DNA of 63,756 nt, the filler included, from Choristocarpus tenellus KU-1152 (Eukaryota > Protista > Phaeophyceae): assembly GCA_964200185.2 (NCBI GenBank). It is 8 parts of 8 records of this genome, joined end to end, with 100 filler letters (N's around TTAATTAATTAA, not from the genome) between each part and the next. Parts side by side here need not be neighbours in the genome. Positions count along the whole stretch, not along the records: positions 18,079 to 45,840 come from CAXNAD020000138.1; positions 45,941 to 52,396 come from CAXNAD020008108.1; positions 52,497 to 61,006 come from CAXNAD020004633.1; 5 more parts are not named here. The stretch is one strand, 5' to 3'. A model generated the notes under the pieces. The model was not told the DNA's origin. It was given only the letters and a program-made list of their open reading frames with translations, and did no database searches. This document shows positions 40,028-53,193 of this stretch, piece after piece (positions within the stretch are counted from its first letter, which is position 1; the number at the start of each line of letters is the position of its first letter). The translations under genes and the position numbers were made by a program.

Positions 40028-40891
40028 TATATCATGTACAGTTTAAATGTAATTCTCCGTTTGTTTGCGTGCATGTGTTCGATTTAGTATGTAACAAGAC
40101 GTTGTTGTCGCTGAGGGTGTTAGGGTTGAAGTTGTTGGTATGAAGGAAGCGAAAATGATCAGGTTTTGTTTTCGGGTTAGTGTATTATATCTCTCATGTA
40201 ATGTGTGGACAGAATGTGGACGTGTATACGAGTGGTTATTGGTCAAGGTCTATTGTCGTACGTTTCTCTGAAAGTAGTTCAAGGTACACTTCAAGAGGTC
40301 CCGGGTTAGTACTGTGCTTAGGAGCATCGTGCGTGGACTTCGGTATATGGTCCTCCAACATTCGAAGGAGATCGAATCTAGTTTGTCGACACTTAGACAA
40401 AGCATGAGATGGTGCATAGAGTATTGAGAAGAAGGGGGGAGGTGCGTTATAGTGTTCCAGGAATAAGTAGCGGCTTTGAGAAGGACAGGGTATCCATCGC
40501 AGGCTCTGGCGAATTGTTTAGAAAGGTTAGCTGAGAAGATGGAGAAGAGTTGTTTGATTGATGTGTTATATAACCTTGTAGCAGACACGCTCTTTTAAAC
40601 AAATAATAACACAGGTCTAATCCTCAACGTGAGTATGATATATGATAAGCTGACGACTCTGACTGGTAGCAATGTATCCGATACCACTATCTAAATGCAT
40701 AACTCATAGAATGGAAAGTGCATGAACATGGTAGTCGGACACCAAGGCAAGGTACACTGATGCATAAATCACCACAACCTGTAACTCTACCCGTACTTTA
40801 ACAAAAAACCGAAGCAACTGAAGACCTATTTCAATTGGTGGGTGGACTCGAAATTGCATTCGTCCCCCCCTTCTCCCACCACTTTGTGAGC

Positions 40892-42361
40892 TTAGGGTAT
40901 GCCTCGACAAGAAGGTGCCATAGATTTAGGCGTGTGGAGTACCTGTCGTTCCAAGGTTCGGGCTTCACAAGGCTCAAGAAGATAGATAGCCTTCCTCACC
41001 TGGAGCACTTCCCCGTGCTCGGGACGCAATGTGTTGCCTGGCTTCCCTCCACGATCACCGAGCTTAACCTGTGTGGGCTCGTGGATGTATCGTTCATCCC
41101 CGAAAACAAGAGAAACGGCCCCTTTACCGGCCTTGATGATCCTGAACCCATGGTCGTATATGACTTGGGTGAGGATTTGAGTCTGCACTCAATACTGTGA
41201 AGAAGCAGGTATCGTTGCCAAACGTAGGAGCTCGGTAACGCACGCGTCCATGAAGGCTTCGGTGATCCCCACATCGGATGCATCGCCGGAGTCGGCCGCG
41301 TCCAGTGTGACGCAATCCTCATCACCATGAGATGACCTTTCGTCGTCATCGTCGTACCTCGATGTAGATGAACACGGATTTACCGCGTATCTGCCCATTT
41401 TGTCAGAAGTGAAGACGTTTGCGAAGAAGCCAGGTTCTAAAGCGCTGCCATCAGGACCACGAGGCTGTTTGAATGATCTCATCCGTCCAGCACCTTCTCT
41501 CGCCCTCTTCTTCCTATATAGCGTCCTTTTCCACTTTCCTTTTTCCTTCTTGGAAGGCTTGTCCCTCGGGGTTGGGGTAGGATCGGCATGGACGCAGTTC
41601 TCACTTTGCCTCACAGTATGGTCATAGGTGTTCCCTGGCACTTGTGACTTGTCGCAGCCGCTACCCACCAAATGGGCGTTCGGGGACATACATGGGTCAC
41701 TCCTGACAGGTGTGGACTCTGAGTCCCTGCCTAACCGCCCCCTCACGTCCTCCTGTGCAAGTTCTTCTGGACCTGACAAAGCATTACAAACGAGTCGGTC
41801 CCCATCGCCTTCAGAGTCGTGTTCCAAAGGAGTGATTGTTTGCATCCCCCCTCGTAGAGTCCTGCTTATCGTACCTACTGCAGGGCTAGGCGATGGGCTA
41901 TCTTCTTCCTCTTCATCACCTGGTGGGTTGGGGCTTCCACAAGGTGTAGGCGTTGATACGCCACCAGCTACCGGTGTCTTCACCAGTGCAAAATTGTGGA
42001 AGGTGGAGAGTTCGTCTATGAGGAGTTTGATAGGATCCGGATCTAGGTTGTCCCCGAGGGTGGTGCATGTGATTACCATGCCTCCTGGTTGGATCTGGAG
42101 AAGGGCAGCTCCTCTCTCGTGAGCGGCGCTCGTTTCGGACTTGAACTTCTCGAGGACGTGCTCGGATGTGTCGTTCTTGTCTGAGGTGATCACGATGGTT
42201 GTGTCTCTAGTTATCTCTGTGATGGTGGAGGAGTAGGCAAAGGATGTGGCGAAGCAGGGGTCAAAACAACGGGAGGAGGTGTTAGCGCTAGGAGGCAAGG
42301 GATGAGATATAGGTTGGTGAGAAGATGTAAGCCAGGCAGAATACAGAGGAGGAGGCCGGGG
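40892..42361 (-). pseudogene. Long GC-richer reading frame of unknown function, interrupted by an in-frame TGA at 41189-41191
   Basis: The 369-aa ORF (TTG, not ATG, start; frame open back to about 42400; ccttttctcag acceptor near 42362) continues in frame after the stop as VQTQILTQVIYDHGFRIIKAGKGAVSLVFGDERY... Confidence 0.5.
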
Positions 42362-43748
42362 CTGAGAAAAGGATGGATGGATCAGAGTACTTGCGGTTCG
42401 TTAAGCTTGGGCGGATTATTCGATCCCATAAAATAGGGAGAAAAATAAGGCTGGTAACATAGGGTGAAGAGGATGAGTATAGGACTAGCATGTAACCGCG
42501 ACATAATTTCCCTTCTTTTGCTGGGTTCTGTCGATCGGTACAACACAGCGAAAGCATGAATCAATCTGCTCGACGAGCAACTTTGCAACCTTTGGAAGAA
42601 CCGGAGAAACCTTTGACAATGTTCGTTGTGAAACTGTGAAACATGGGTAAGATCTGTGAGAGTCTAGGTTGTGTGTTTGGTGTAGGGATCCATGTTTGGA
42701 TGTTAACGTATGGCGATGCTGTAAAATTATGTAATTGCTTGCCTGTGTGTTCGTCACTGGTGTTCAGAGTAACGCCCTCTCAGAGTATTTGACGATGTCC
42801 CGCCCGGTATTTTGTACCCTCCTCTACGCCCTCCCTCAGCACGAGGTCCCTTTTCACCTGTGGAATTTATGGGTTACATTAATGTGCGCGATCAGGGCGT
42901 CTATTGTGAGGTGGCTTGATACGAACTCAAAGACGGTGGAGAGATGAGATGATGAACTTCACACTCAGTTGAGTACCTCGTCGCTGAGAGGATGTATTTC
43001 TTGATAGGAGGACCCTCTGCTGAAGACCCTGCTGAGGGATCATCGGCGTAGGGGTCTATCCCGAGCTTGTCTTTCCTTTTTAGGTCATTCATAACTTGTA
43101 TGGCGACCCTCCAGGACAGCCCTCTTGATGAGGACATTCCTGGTGTACATACGTCTCATGTATGCCAATTGGACCTTCCATGAATCTTGAAAGTGAAAGG
43201 TGAACATGAAAGGAATTTACACGCTATCCCGGGTTGGATGTCGGGAGGGCAACCATGTGCAGGTTTATGCTTGACATAAGGCAGATAGTAATGAATGAAT
43301 TTGATGTGTTCTGTCGAACGGTAAAGGGCACCAAATTCCAAAGCACGGCAAGATGGTTGGGGGTGTGTGTATGTCCATTTCCGATACAACCTTATCGGAA
43401 ATATTCCTATGGTATCGGAGCTCTTCCACGTGCGTATCGAAGGTGTCACCACATCACCCTGGACAGACGGATGATTTGATATGCGTGAAATTGCATCGTG
43501 GAATCTTACTTCTATTATTTCGGATCAGTTGTCTGATTACTCTCAACATATTTGACTGCAACACATGTTTCAATTTCGGAAAAAGGTTCGGTTGAATTCG
43601 CCGTAGTTATTTTCAGATGAAAGCGGTTGGATTGATTCTATGTTAATGTGTTCGATGCGAGGTGAAATATGTAAATGGCGGATTAGGATTAGTGTTCAAA
43701 ATGTGGGTGATTTATTTTGGTTAGGGCTAGGGTTGGTAACATGGATGC

Positions 43749-43992
43749 TGGTCGAAATATCTTAGTGGTAGGGCCGCGTCCATTTGACAACCGAATTCAA
43801 ATGCTGTATATTTTTCTGTCATTCTTGCCATCATTATTGTTTGAAGATGTCAATGTCCATTTCCCGAACACTCCTTTCCATAATGTAGACATTGTACTCC
43901 TCCAAAACATTTTGGAGTAAGTAAGTTGTCCTTGAAACCCCGTGGGCAGCCAAGCCCCAAAGGTCAACCAGCGAAAAACTCGTGCCCTCTAA
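43749..43992. mobile_element. MITE family B, diverged; right TIR cut by a minisatellite
   Basis: TATCTTAGTGGTAGGGCCGCGTCCATTTG...CTCCAAAACATTTTGGAGTA...CTCGTGCCCTCTAA. Confidence 0.75.
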
Positions 43993-44935
43993 CATAGAGC
44001 GTCGAATCTGAAAATGCCGGTGTTATCACTGCTGACAGCTGTTGTGTACACGGTTGTAAATATAATGAATACAGGGCATCGGATTTGAAAATGTTGGTGA
44101 CACCACCATCTGAAGCTGGTGAATACACGTTTATAATGAAGGTATTGAATACAGGGTATCGAATTTGAAAATGCTGGTGTATTACCACTGCTGAAAGGTG
44201 ATATGTACACGGTTGGAAACGCAAATAAATACAGGGCATCGAATCTGAAAATGTTGGTATTACCACTGCTGACAGGTGGTGTGTACACACGGTTGGAAAC
44301 CCAAAAAATTACAGGGCATCGAATCTGAAAATGTTGGTATTAGCACTGCTGACAGCTGGTGTGTACGCGGTTATAATGGTAAAGAATACAGGGTATTGAA
44401 TTTGAAAATGCTGGTATTGCCAATATTGACAGGTGGTGCGTACACGGTTGGAAACGCAAATATAAATACAGGGCATCGAATCTGAAAATGTTGGTATTAC
44501 CACCAATGACAGGTGGTGAGTACACGGTTGGAAACGCAAGTAAGTACAGGGTATCGAATCTGAAAATTTTGGTATTGCCACTGCTGACAGGTGGTGCCTA
44601 CACGGTTGGAAACACAAATAAATACAGGGCATCGAATCTGTAAATGTTGGTATTGCCACTGCTGACAGCTGGTGTGTACACGGTTGGAAACGTAAATAAA
44701 TACAGGGCATCGAATCTGAACATGTTAGTGTTAGCACTGCTGACAGCTGGTGTGTACACGATTGGAAACGCAAAAAAATACAGGGCATCAAATTTTAAAA
44801 TGTTTTTATTACCACTGCTGACAGCTGGTGCGTACACGATTGGAAACGAAAATAGATACAGGGCATTAAATCTAAAAATATCGGTGACACCACCATATCC
44901 AGCTGGTGTGTACACGGTTGTAAAGATAACAAATA
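43993..44935. repeat. Minisatellite, 12 units of about 78 bp (77-80)
   Basis: Consensus ATACAGGGCATCGAATCTGAAAATGTTGGTATTACCACTGCTGACAGCTGGTGTGTACACGGTTGGAAACGCAAATAA. Confidence 0.95.
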
Positions 44936-47715
44936 CGACCATTTGGGTACACTATCATGTCAGCCACATGCTGATACATGCTACGTGAACGGACGATACC
45001 CGCAACACCCGCCAAATGCGCTAATTCCTGACGGTGTGTTTGCGATATTGGTCATTCAGAGACGCTGTTGGCTGCACGAAGGGTGAACGTTTCTTGTATG
45101 GGGACTCACACTTTGGTTCCCTTAGGAGGCATGGCGGCGTACGGTTGTTGGTCTAAGCCGCTCAGTTGGTCGTGGGATGTCTGCAACGGGTGGGCACATT
45201 GGAAATGGGACAGGAGAAACAAACAGAGGAGAGAGAGAAAATGTTTTGCGCATCGAGTCAGGCCCAGAGAGGATGGCATGTCGCGGTCGGTTCACATTGT
45301 CGTCCAGCCGTACGCACCTGATCACCTTGAACGAAGTGGAGGTCTTGTTGTCTTTTTACCTTCCAACACGCCCGGTATTGAGCGTCACTTACAGCGCACA
45401 GGGATAGCCACAGACGAGCCCGATTCCCATGGAAGAGATGCACACCTATCCTCTCTTGACCGAGAAAGTATGGTCCTATTAAGCTATTCCTTTTTCGGTT
45501 GTATAACAACTTCACAATTGTCCATACAAGAACAACCGCCTTTATGGAATGTTGTACCCCTATTAAATAATGGTATATATATTGTAGTTATGAATAGGCC
45601 CGTAGTTGGGTTGTTCCTTTTCTTCGGAATTAAAATTGTGAAAGTGTCAAAGGTGCCAAGTTCTTTTTTGTTCAAGGGGGCAATCACCATCACCGGACTG
45701 AACTCTTTCACCTCAGAGGGTGAACCGAGTTTCTGTGCAATATAGACTAGTAGTCTATATGGTTTATAGTGTAAAAGTGAATGAAGTAATGTAACTTGAA
45801 CTTACAAGCGACTGACGTAGTGTAACTTGAAATTATAAGTNNNNNNNNNNNNNNNNNNNNNNNNNNNNNNNNNNNNNNNNNNNNTTAATTAATTAANNNN
45901 NNNNNNNNNNNNNNNNNNNNNNNNNNNNNNNNNNNNNNNNTTCTTTAGCTCCCCCCCCCAGGGCACAGGATTAGGTAGATGGGAAGATAAGGAAGACAGT
46001 AGTACAATATTTTATAGTGGTGAAGTAACTGATTAGTGGTTTCCACACTTGCAATGTTTTATAGTGTTCTTATGCTTAGGATATTTTATTTCTTTAGGGC
46101 TAATAATGACATATATAGTTTTCATTGGTTTCCCCCGTGACACATCTACAAAATGTCAGAGGGCATAATAATAATAATAAAAATAGATAGAGTTGTCATA
46201 AACCGTGTTATTTGTATTATTCGCTACATTTGAAATGGCAGGACAAAGTACAACAATATATCATAGCGCCAAGCTACATAGCATCGATACAACGTGGTAG
46301 GGGGGAGAGGGGCGGGAGTCTACAGCAGGAAAGAAAGGAGCTGTCAAATCCCGTTTATGACAGACAGTGTCCTTCTCAACACAGGGGCCTGTCAGATTTT
46401 TGGAATACTTCCGTAGCTCCTCGCCCTGGGGTGTAGGGCTCAGCTAGGTTGCAGGTATAGGAGGGGAGTGGTGGAGCATAGCTGGTAGAAAAATATTAAA
46501 TGATAGAAATATCATTCAAATTTACGACCACTGTTACTTTATCAGGGTTCTGATATTGAATTGACTTTTCGTCGTTTTTTCCCCTGACTCATCTCGAAAA
46601 TGTCAGAGGGTATAACGATAAAATATAACAATAGTAGTAGTACTACTTACTTTGAAATACTTCGGAGTATATAATTATGTTACTCTAGTGCACTCTCCTC
46701 GAGTGCCATGTACATATATATATATACTTCGAAGTAGTTGAATCAAGAAACCAATTCCGTTAGAAAATTTATACTAGAGATCATATATTTGTGTATTATC
46801 GGTGAGGTGAGAATCATTCTTGTTAGTCTAGAGGCAGGTCCTCACATTTTGAGTTATTCGTGGACAGGTAGCCATGAGGAAAGAAAGGCAAAAAGAGGGG
46901 TAGAGGATCGCCCAATAGGAATCTAACCTGTTGTGCAGAGGAATGATGAAAAAATCTGAAGTGGAAATTTAGTGAGTGGTGCAAAGGATGACGGGGTGGA
47001 TTGGTGAAGGTTGACAGGGCAGATGTGCTCGTATAAACTCATCAAACTGTATTAGACAACACTTGTTGTGTCTATGTAGAGTCAGAGTACAAACATTGTT
47101 GCTTAGTAAGTAGAACTGTGCTGGTATGAATGTGAATATTGCTGATTTCACAATCTGCTCTCATGCCTCACCTTACCTGAACAAACCACTCCATAATATT
47201 CCACAACACTCCAGTGTTTGTCTCGTCTAATCCTCCATGGGACGATCGATGCTTCAACAATGCAGCCTATTAGCCTGTTGCGATGTAATCTTTCCTTTGA
47301 TGATCCAAATACTTGTTTCAGTACCATGGTTCCCTATGATAGCCCACAGCCAACAACAATCCTATCGTCCTCATCACAGTAGTGCTATTACGAATGATAT
47401 TCTCGATATTACTACCACTACTACTATTATGACAACTTACAAACATATCTACAGAGTTCACTAATTTTGATGTTATTGACGTCATTACAATTATATATAT
47501 ATATGAACTGTAGAAATATCGGTTTAACTCGGTCAATTACAGTCATCCACCTATACTGGCGCTCACACATTTCCCTTTAGACTCATAGAAGCGCTCTATG
47601 TTCGTAGACCTGGCGATTGTGCAGTTCCTCCTTTTGGAGACGAGGTATCTCTACTCAAATTATTTGTACACGGTTCCCAAATCACTAGTGTCCAAAGAAG
47701 TATTTGATGTATGTC

Positions 47716-47969
47716 GAGCCAAAGTAGAGAGATACCCAGATTTCGACTGTTTCGCATTTTAAGTCAGTTTTTTAATCTTTTGGTATTCACTATGTTTCTA
47801 TGGGCGAAGTGCTAAGTTTGACTTAAGACCGTTGGTTTCTCGGTAGTTTGATACTTTTGGACTGAATTCAGAAATATTCTTCAAGCATCTGTGAAAAAAG
47901 TCAAATTTTGAAGGTAATTTTCAGTAACCTTACAATGCAATTCTGGGTGCCTCTCGTTTACTTTGACTC
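47716..47969. mobile_element. MITE family D (254 bp)
   Basis: GAGCCAAAGTAGAGAGATACCCAG...CTGGGTGCCTCTCGTTTACTTTGACTC. Confidence 0.75.
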
Positions 47970-49892
47970 ACCCCTGTAGATGATTTGATAATGTTTGTGG
48001 GGACGTAGACAATGCAGGTTGTACTCCAGATATCTACACTTTGTCGAAGTACTAGAACACCATTTAGAACGTGTTTTTAGAGAGTAGGCGTGACGATACG
48101 TATCGGACCCTAATTTAGTAGATACTCTATGAAATCATCCTTTTAGCGGTTGAGATAGATAATCACACTCGCTATAACTGCCTCTCTTTTTTTACTCGTG
48201 CTAGTGTTGTGTTGGTGGAACCGAAATGTCCAATAGGGCCTACTCTCCAGGAGGAGTATGTTGGAGAGCACCCCTACTCTGATTCGTCCTGTGCGAGGAT
48301 ATAATTTTAGTGAGTGTACTCATGGTCATTATTCTTCTGAATGGTGTTAATACCTTGGGTGGGTGAACCAAGTGCGGCTACAGTCAGTAGCTGCAGGTGC
48401 CAGGGACGGCAATTTGGGAAAAGTGACCTCTACATCAATTTGATGGGTAGAAACCTATTCGATTGGGCGGATTTGTGGGACAGAATTGCCCTGTATCGTT
48501 GTCATTTGTTTGATCCAAGGGGACGTAATGTTTTCCAAAGTTATTATGATGAGCGTGCATGTAAAAAAATATCTTGCTTGTCATATATGAAGGATAGTGT
48601 AGTGTTTGCAATGCCAAGGCACTCCCTTCAGTGATGTGCGCACACATATACAATCCTGAAAATGCCAAGGCAGAGGTTGCTTCACAGATATTTTTCTGTT
48701 GCATTGAATGCCATGTCTGGTCAAAGTGTGTCACACCCATTACCCCTCCTTTTAGACTCCACGATAAGTCTGTTGTGTAGAGAGCGTTGATTTTCTACCC
48801 TTAGCGTGGAAAATATGGTACAGGAGATCCCTAAAAGTACTCTGGGTATATTTCTATTGCTCACTGACTGTGAGGTGGAGATGGTTGGTCACAGGCATTT
48901 GCTAGAAAGCGTTTGGTACCTAAATAATTAAAAGTGCAACTGTTGGTGTGCTTCCAGACCTTTTTAATGCAAGCAGTGCAGGCTACAGTTGTTGATATGT
49001 TTGTCGCATTCTCTCTCCCTTCTGTGTTGCTTCTTGCGCCCCCATGGCGTCTGCAAAGTATCAGTGGACAAAAAAAGTAGAGGAAAATTACTTTGAGAGC
49101 GTGGCAAAGCAAGAACATCTTGGACAATTATCATATGCTTTATCGGATCAAGTTCCCCTTCTCACAGTACTGAACAGAAATAGTTGTCCGCCCTCAAGAA
49201 AACCCTTGACATGTATTTGTGGACATGATGATCTAATTGCCATGCATTCGATTGTATTTGTATAGTATGCATGTTCCTTTCGTGTAGTATGTTATGTCTT
49301 CATCTTGTCCGCGACAATTACCTTGAAACCTATCTCGACCCTACCTAGTCCCGACCCGTGACCAGAGGCTCTCCACAGAACACGACAAGTACACTTTCTC
49401 TTCAGCTACAAATTAACTGGTATGCTATCACCAATAAATTGCACCACCATGAGCATTCCTTCCATTTTTTTCACGTGTAAGATTTAACCATTTCACCGCT
49501 CGTTGTATACCTCCTCCCTTAAATCTTGTGCAGTACTGGTCTGGATACAATAAGGCCCTGCCAGCAAGATTGAGGTTTTCCGAGTTCACTAAGAAGTACC
49601 GAATTCTAGAAGAACTGATTGTGACAATACAAACATCACCTACTCAAATAAGCTCAAAGAGCCTATAATGACCAATAGGAATATATTTAGTCCGTACCCC
49701 GTCCAATGCAAAAGCAATGCACAACTCCACAAATACTGTTGGTAAAAAGTTGCGAAGCTGGTATAGTCCTCCGCCAAGCATGTGATACTGAATATAGTTC
49801 TCCGAGAAAATAACTTTTCCATCCATACAACGACCCCTTGCAACCATCACAACTTATAGATCAATAATCTCTCGAGGAGGGAGGAGAGAAAG

Positions 49893-49893
<1 letters not shown>

Positions 49894-49932
<39 letters not shown>
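49894..49932. repeat. (GT)n microsatellite
   Basis: Direct reading. Confidence 0.95.
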
Positions 49933-49934
<2 letters not shown>

Positions 49935-51293
49935 AGGGTCCAAGGAAGTTGAAGTCATCTCTCTTCCCCTCCCAATTGCAGGCCTGCAATGTTTCATAAT
50001 CGAACATGCATGCAAAGGCAATGGAAGCATTGGTGTGCTTTACTGTTTCCTGCCTGGAATACTTTTTAAAAACTTAATTTTAAATGCAATGTCATTCGGC
50101 AAACCGAATATCACTAACGCTTACTTATATATAGCCCATACCTACTGACATACATCTGACACAGCAACCCTTCAAACTCATGCAATATACTTCCTCATTG
50201 GACGAAAGAATGCATCACTACGAAAAATATACAAGATCCAATGGTAGTATCGTAGTATTGCACTTGGCGATTGATCTAACTTGTACACCTTACGTGCATT
50301 TATTTGTTCCTCGAGTTTCTGGTAGTCTTCCAAGGAATAGGTGCACACATACATAGATACATGTGTGACACCACTAGTCCTGGCCTCTGCTGCTAATCAA
50401 GAAAGCAACATATCAACACACTCCTCCACACCAATGCCATAATTATTCACACTACGTTTCAATGCCCGTATTATTCCCAGTCAAGGGTAACATCGGTACT
50501 AACTCTATTCCTCCAGGTCGAAGCTGAGGGGCAACCAGGCCCACCACCCGCACGGCTAGTAGGTACGGCTTCACAGCACGTTCATCATGTAGGTCAGATT
50601 TGAGACAGTAAGCAGTGACCAGCTAGTAGGTATGCAATGAGACACTGAGAGAAAAAACGGAGTACTTGCAATTGTCAATTTTTGCCACGACAAACAAATC
50701 TAAAAGAAGCAAGCGTTCCGTGATCAGTATAGGCCACGCACACGTGGGATAGAGAGCTGATGGCAGTAGGACGAGAGTCCATGCCAAGTGAATTTTGTTC
50801 GGCCACTTCTAGATGTACCCCTTTCTGTTCATTGTGAATCTGAGCATCTTGGACATGACAATTCTCCACAAGTGGCCTGGTATCCCCACATGACAATCGA
50901 CTGTTTGCTACTCGTGATATTCTCTATATAGCTGTGTTGAAGTCGGTGTTGGTATGTGAAGATGAATGAGAGGAACCTACTACATAGTTTTAAGCCCACG
51001 GGCATCTTGTAGAGATTGTAATAATATAGGGAAAATAAGAAACACTCCATACGCAGGGGATGACTGTCATAAACACTACCTAGAGTTGTAGTGGATGTAA
51101 AACAATTGTTATAATATCGACAAAAAGCAACTCTTAGACACTATGAAGGTGTATGAAAAGTTTTGGAAGAATTCCACTGAATCAGTCAAACCCCTCTTAG
51201 CCTATCGCCCTGGGGGTTTTCCTTTGAAACGTAAAACCTGTCTGGAGATGACCAGTTGGGCAGAAACTAACGCAATATATTGCAGGTGTGTCT

Positions 51294-52239
51294 TCATTCC
51301 TCCCTTCCTACTAAAACCCTCAGCTCTTCTACCACCCACAATATCATCCCTAGCTCGTCCATAAATAATTCTGCTTGTGTCCAAAGGTGCCCAAAGTTTT
51401 CAACCATCAAGGTATAAAGTCCAAAGGTATAAAGATTAAAAGTACGAGGTTCAAGAGAACCCTCCAAGAGGTTGCACTTTCGGGCCTCTGCTGCAGAAGC
51501 AGTGGCGCCATTATTTGCAAAAGATTGTGTTATGTGGCAGTCCACTCGGATCTCAGTGAAGCCCACATCCAGGAGGAACCCTTTTTCTAGTTAAGGGGTA
51601 GTGGACACATTGGAGAGAGAGTCCCTACATCGAAGACCGTATCCACATGGAAATTCCGGGTAACTGTGAAGAGACCTCCGTCATTCAAGGTGCAGGGGAC
51701 GTCAATTTTCCTGCAAACGCTGCCCAGTTGTCGGACTGTGGGTAAGTACTACCTTACTTTGTAGCCAGCTCTGGGACTTGTGCAAGCATGGCCAGTGTCT
51801 ACCTCTTGTCTCCTGCATCCATCCACTGTGCACCCATTGGAAAGTGCTTCTTCTACCTCTAAAGTTCAGTTCTGGGCGAGACGAACTTGTGGGGGAGTTA
51901 TTCACCTAGTTAGCTCTCAAGAGGTTGTGTAGAGGCCTAGGTGTTGACACCGTGTCCACATTGGTACCTGTGCCGAGTCAAGGCCATTGTAGAAACCTCC
52001 CGTCTAGGTCTGGGGTCTGCAGGAAGGTGTGCTACCTGGGAGCAGAAATATTTGAAGCGGACTCGGTTGAGTAGGCGGGTAATCTCATGTTGGATCCATC
52101 TTGGTGTCCACCATATGTCGTGTGCAGCCAGCATGTGGACCTCGTGGGTTACCCTCGAGGAGTACCTCCTCAGTCTACCTATCTCTGGCAGACAATCACA
52201 GCCAGGTCCTCTGTGGGGACCCAGGCAGAGAGGATGGAT
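51294..52239 (-). mobile_element. 3' fragment of a CRE-like non-LTR retrotransposon with restriction-like endonuclease
   Basis: Decayed CCHC knuckle (CTVDGCRRQEVDTGHACTSPRAG...TH) followed by FHVD...KKGFLLDVGFTE...NGATASAAEARK...TLMVENFGHL...FMDEL, the RLE motif series; cut at the 5' side by MITE A. Confidence 0.7.
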
Positions 52240-52396
52240 GAATCAAAGTATCAGGGGGGGGGTTGGCGGCTGTCCAGTTGGGACCAATTTTTTCATGTCG
52301 CGATTTTTGGGTGATTTGGTTCCATACGTTGGATGGATAATGAAAGTGCACTTTTCCTGGTTTTGGTCCAAATGGACACTCTGGTGTAGACCCCCC
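52240..52396. mobile_element. MITE family A, truncated by contig end
   Basis: GAATCAAAGTATCAGGGGGGGGG...; collinear with other copies. Confidence 0.9.
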
Positions 52397-53145
52397 NNNN
52401 NNNNNNNNNNNNNNNNNNNNNNNNNNNNNNNNNNNNNNNNTTAATTAATTAANNNNNNNNNNNNNNNNNNNNNNNNNNNNNNNNNNNNNNNNNNNNTGCT
52501 AACCATTTCATCGGTACTTGGATCGAAATGCTTTTGGAATACATATTTTTCAAAAAAAAAAAATCGGAAGGAGCCTCAGCTTTTGCCTTTTTGTGTGTGT
52601 GAAGCTGTACTATAAACATGTAACTGTAAGAAACTTGGTGATGAGTACAGCGGTGGGCTATCAGTTGGTGTGGTGAGGTTGAAGTAGACGTTGTTGAGCA
52701 GAGGCATGTCCTTTTCCCCGTCCCGGTAGGACCCGCTGTTAACTTCTGGATTTGATTATAATAATTGTATGTACTTGTGTATGCATGTGTGTGTGTATTT
52801 ATGTGTTTATATTCTTTTTGACAATGAGTTTTGGGGGATGTGGATGTGTTGTGAAAATGGATTGTGGTTTATTCCAATTGGTTGGACGGCGTAGATGTTG
52901 CCTTCGAACACAAAGGTACTCACTCTAGTCTTGCAATCCCGCCCCCCTTCCCCACCCAACAGCAAAAGAAGAATTGAGTATTGATTTTTTTTTTTTATAT
53001 AGTGAATCTTAGGATCAGATGGTGGGGGACGGTGAGGACTGGCATCTGCAACATTTTCGGATACTCAAAAAGTCTTTTAGTCTTTGTCAAGACACTATGT
53101 ACACGATTGCATCATTAACCATGTTGGTGAAGGACTACATTATTG

Positions 53146-53193
53146 GGGTTAGGGTTAGGGTTAGGGTTAGGGTTAGGGTTAGGGTTAGGGTTA
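53146..53193 (+). repeat. Interstitial telomere-type repeat (GGGTTA)8
   Basis: Direct reading; shorter runs at 62770-62790 and about 505-518. Confidence 0.9.

Noticed and set aside
41189-41191. Stop-codon reassignment or selenocysteine
   Set aside because: A single in-frame TGA in a region with other disruptions; the host exons read in the standard code.
43993-44935. CRISPR-like array
   Set aside because: Units are contiguous with no unique spacers, there are no cas genes, and the context is eukaryotic.
45068-45745. 225-aa plus-strand ORF
   Set aside because: TTG start, no recognisable motif; splice-like signals favour the opposite strand but no model could be built.
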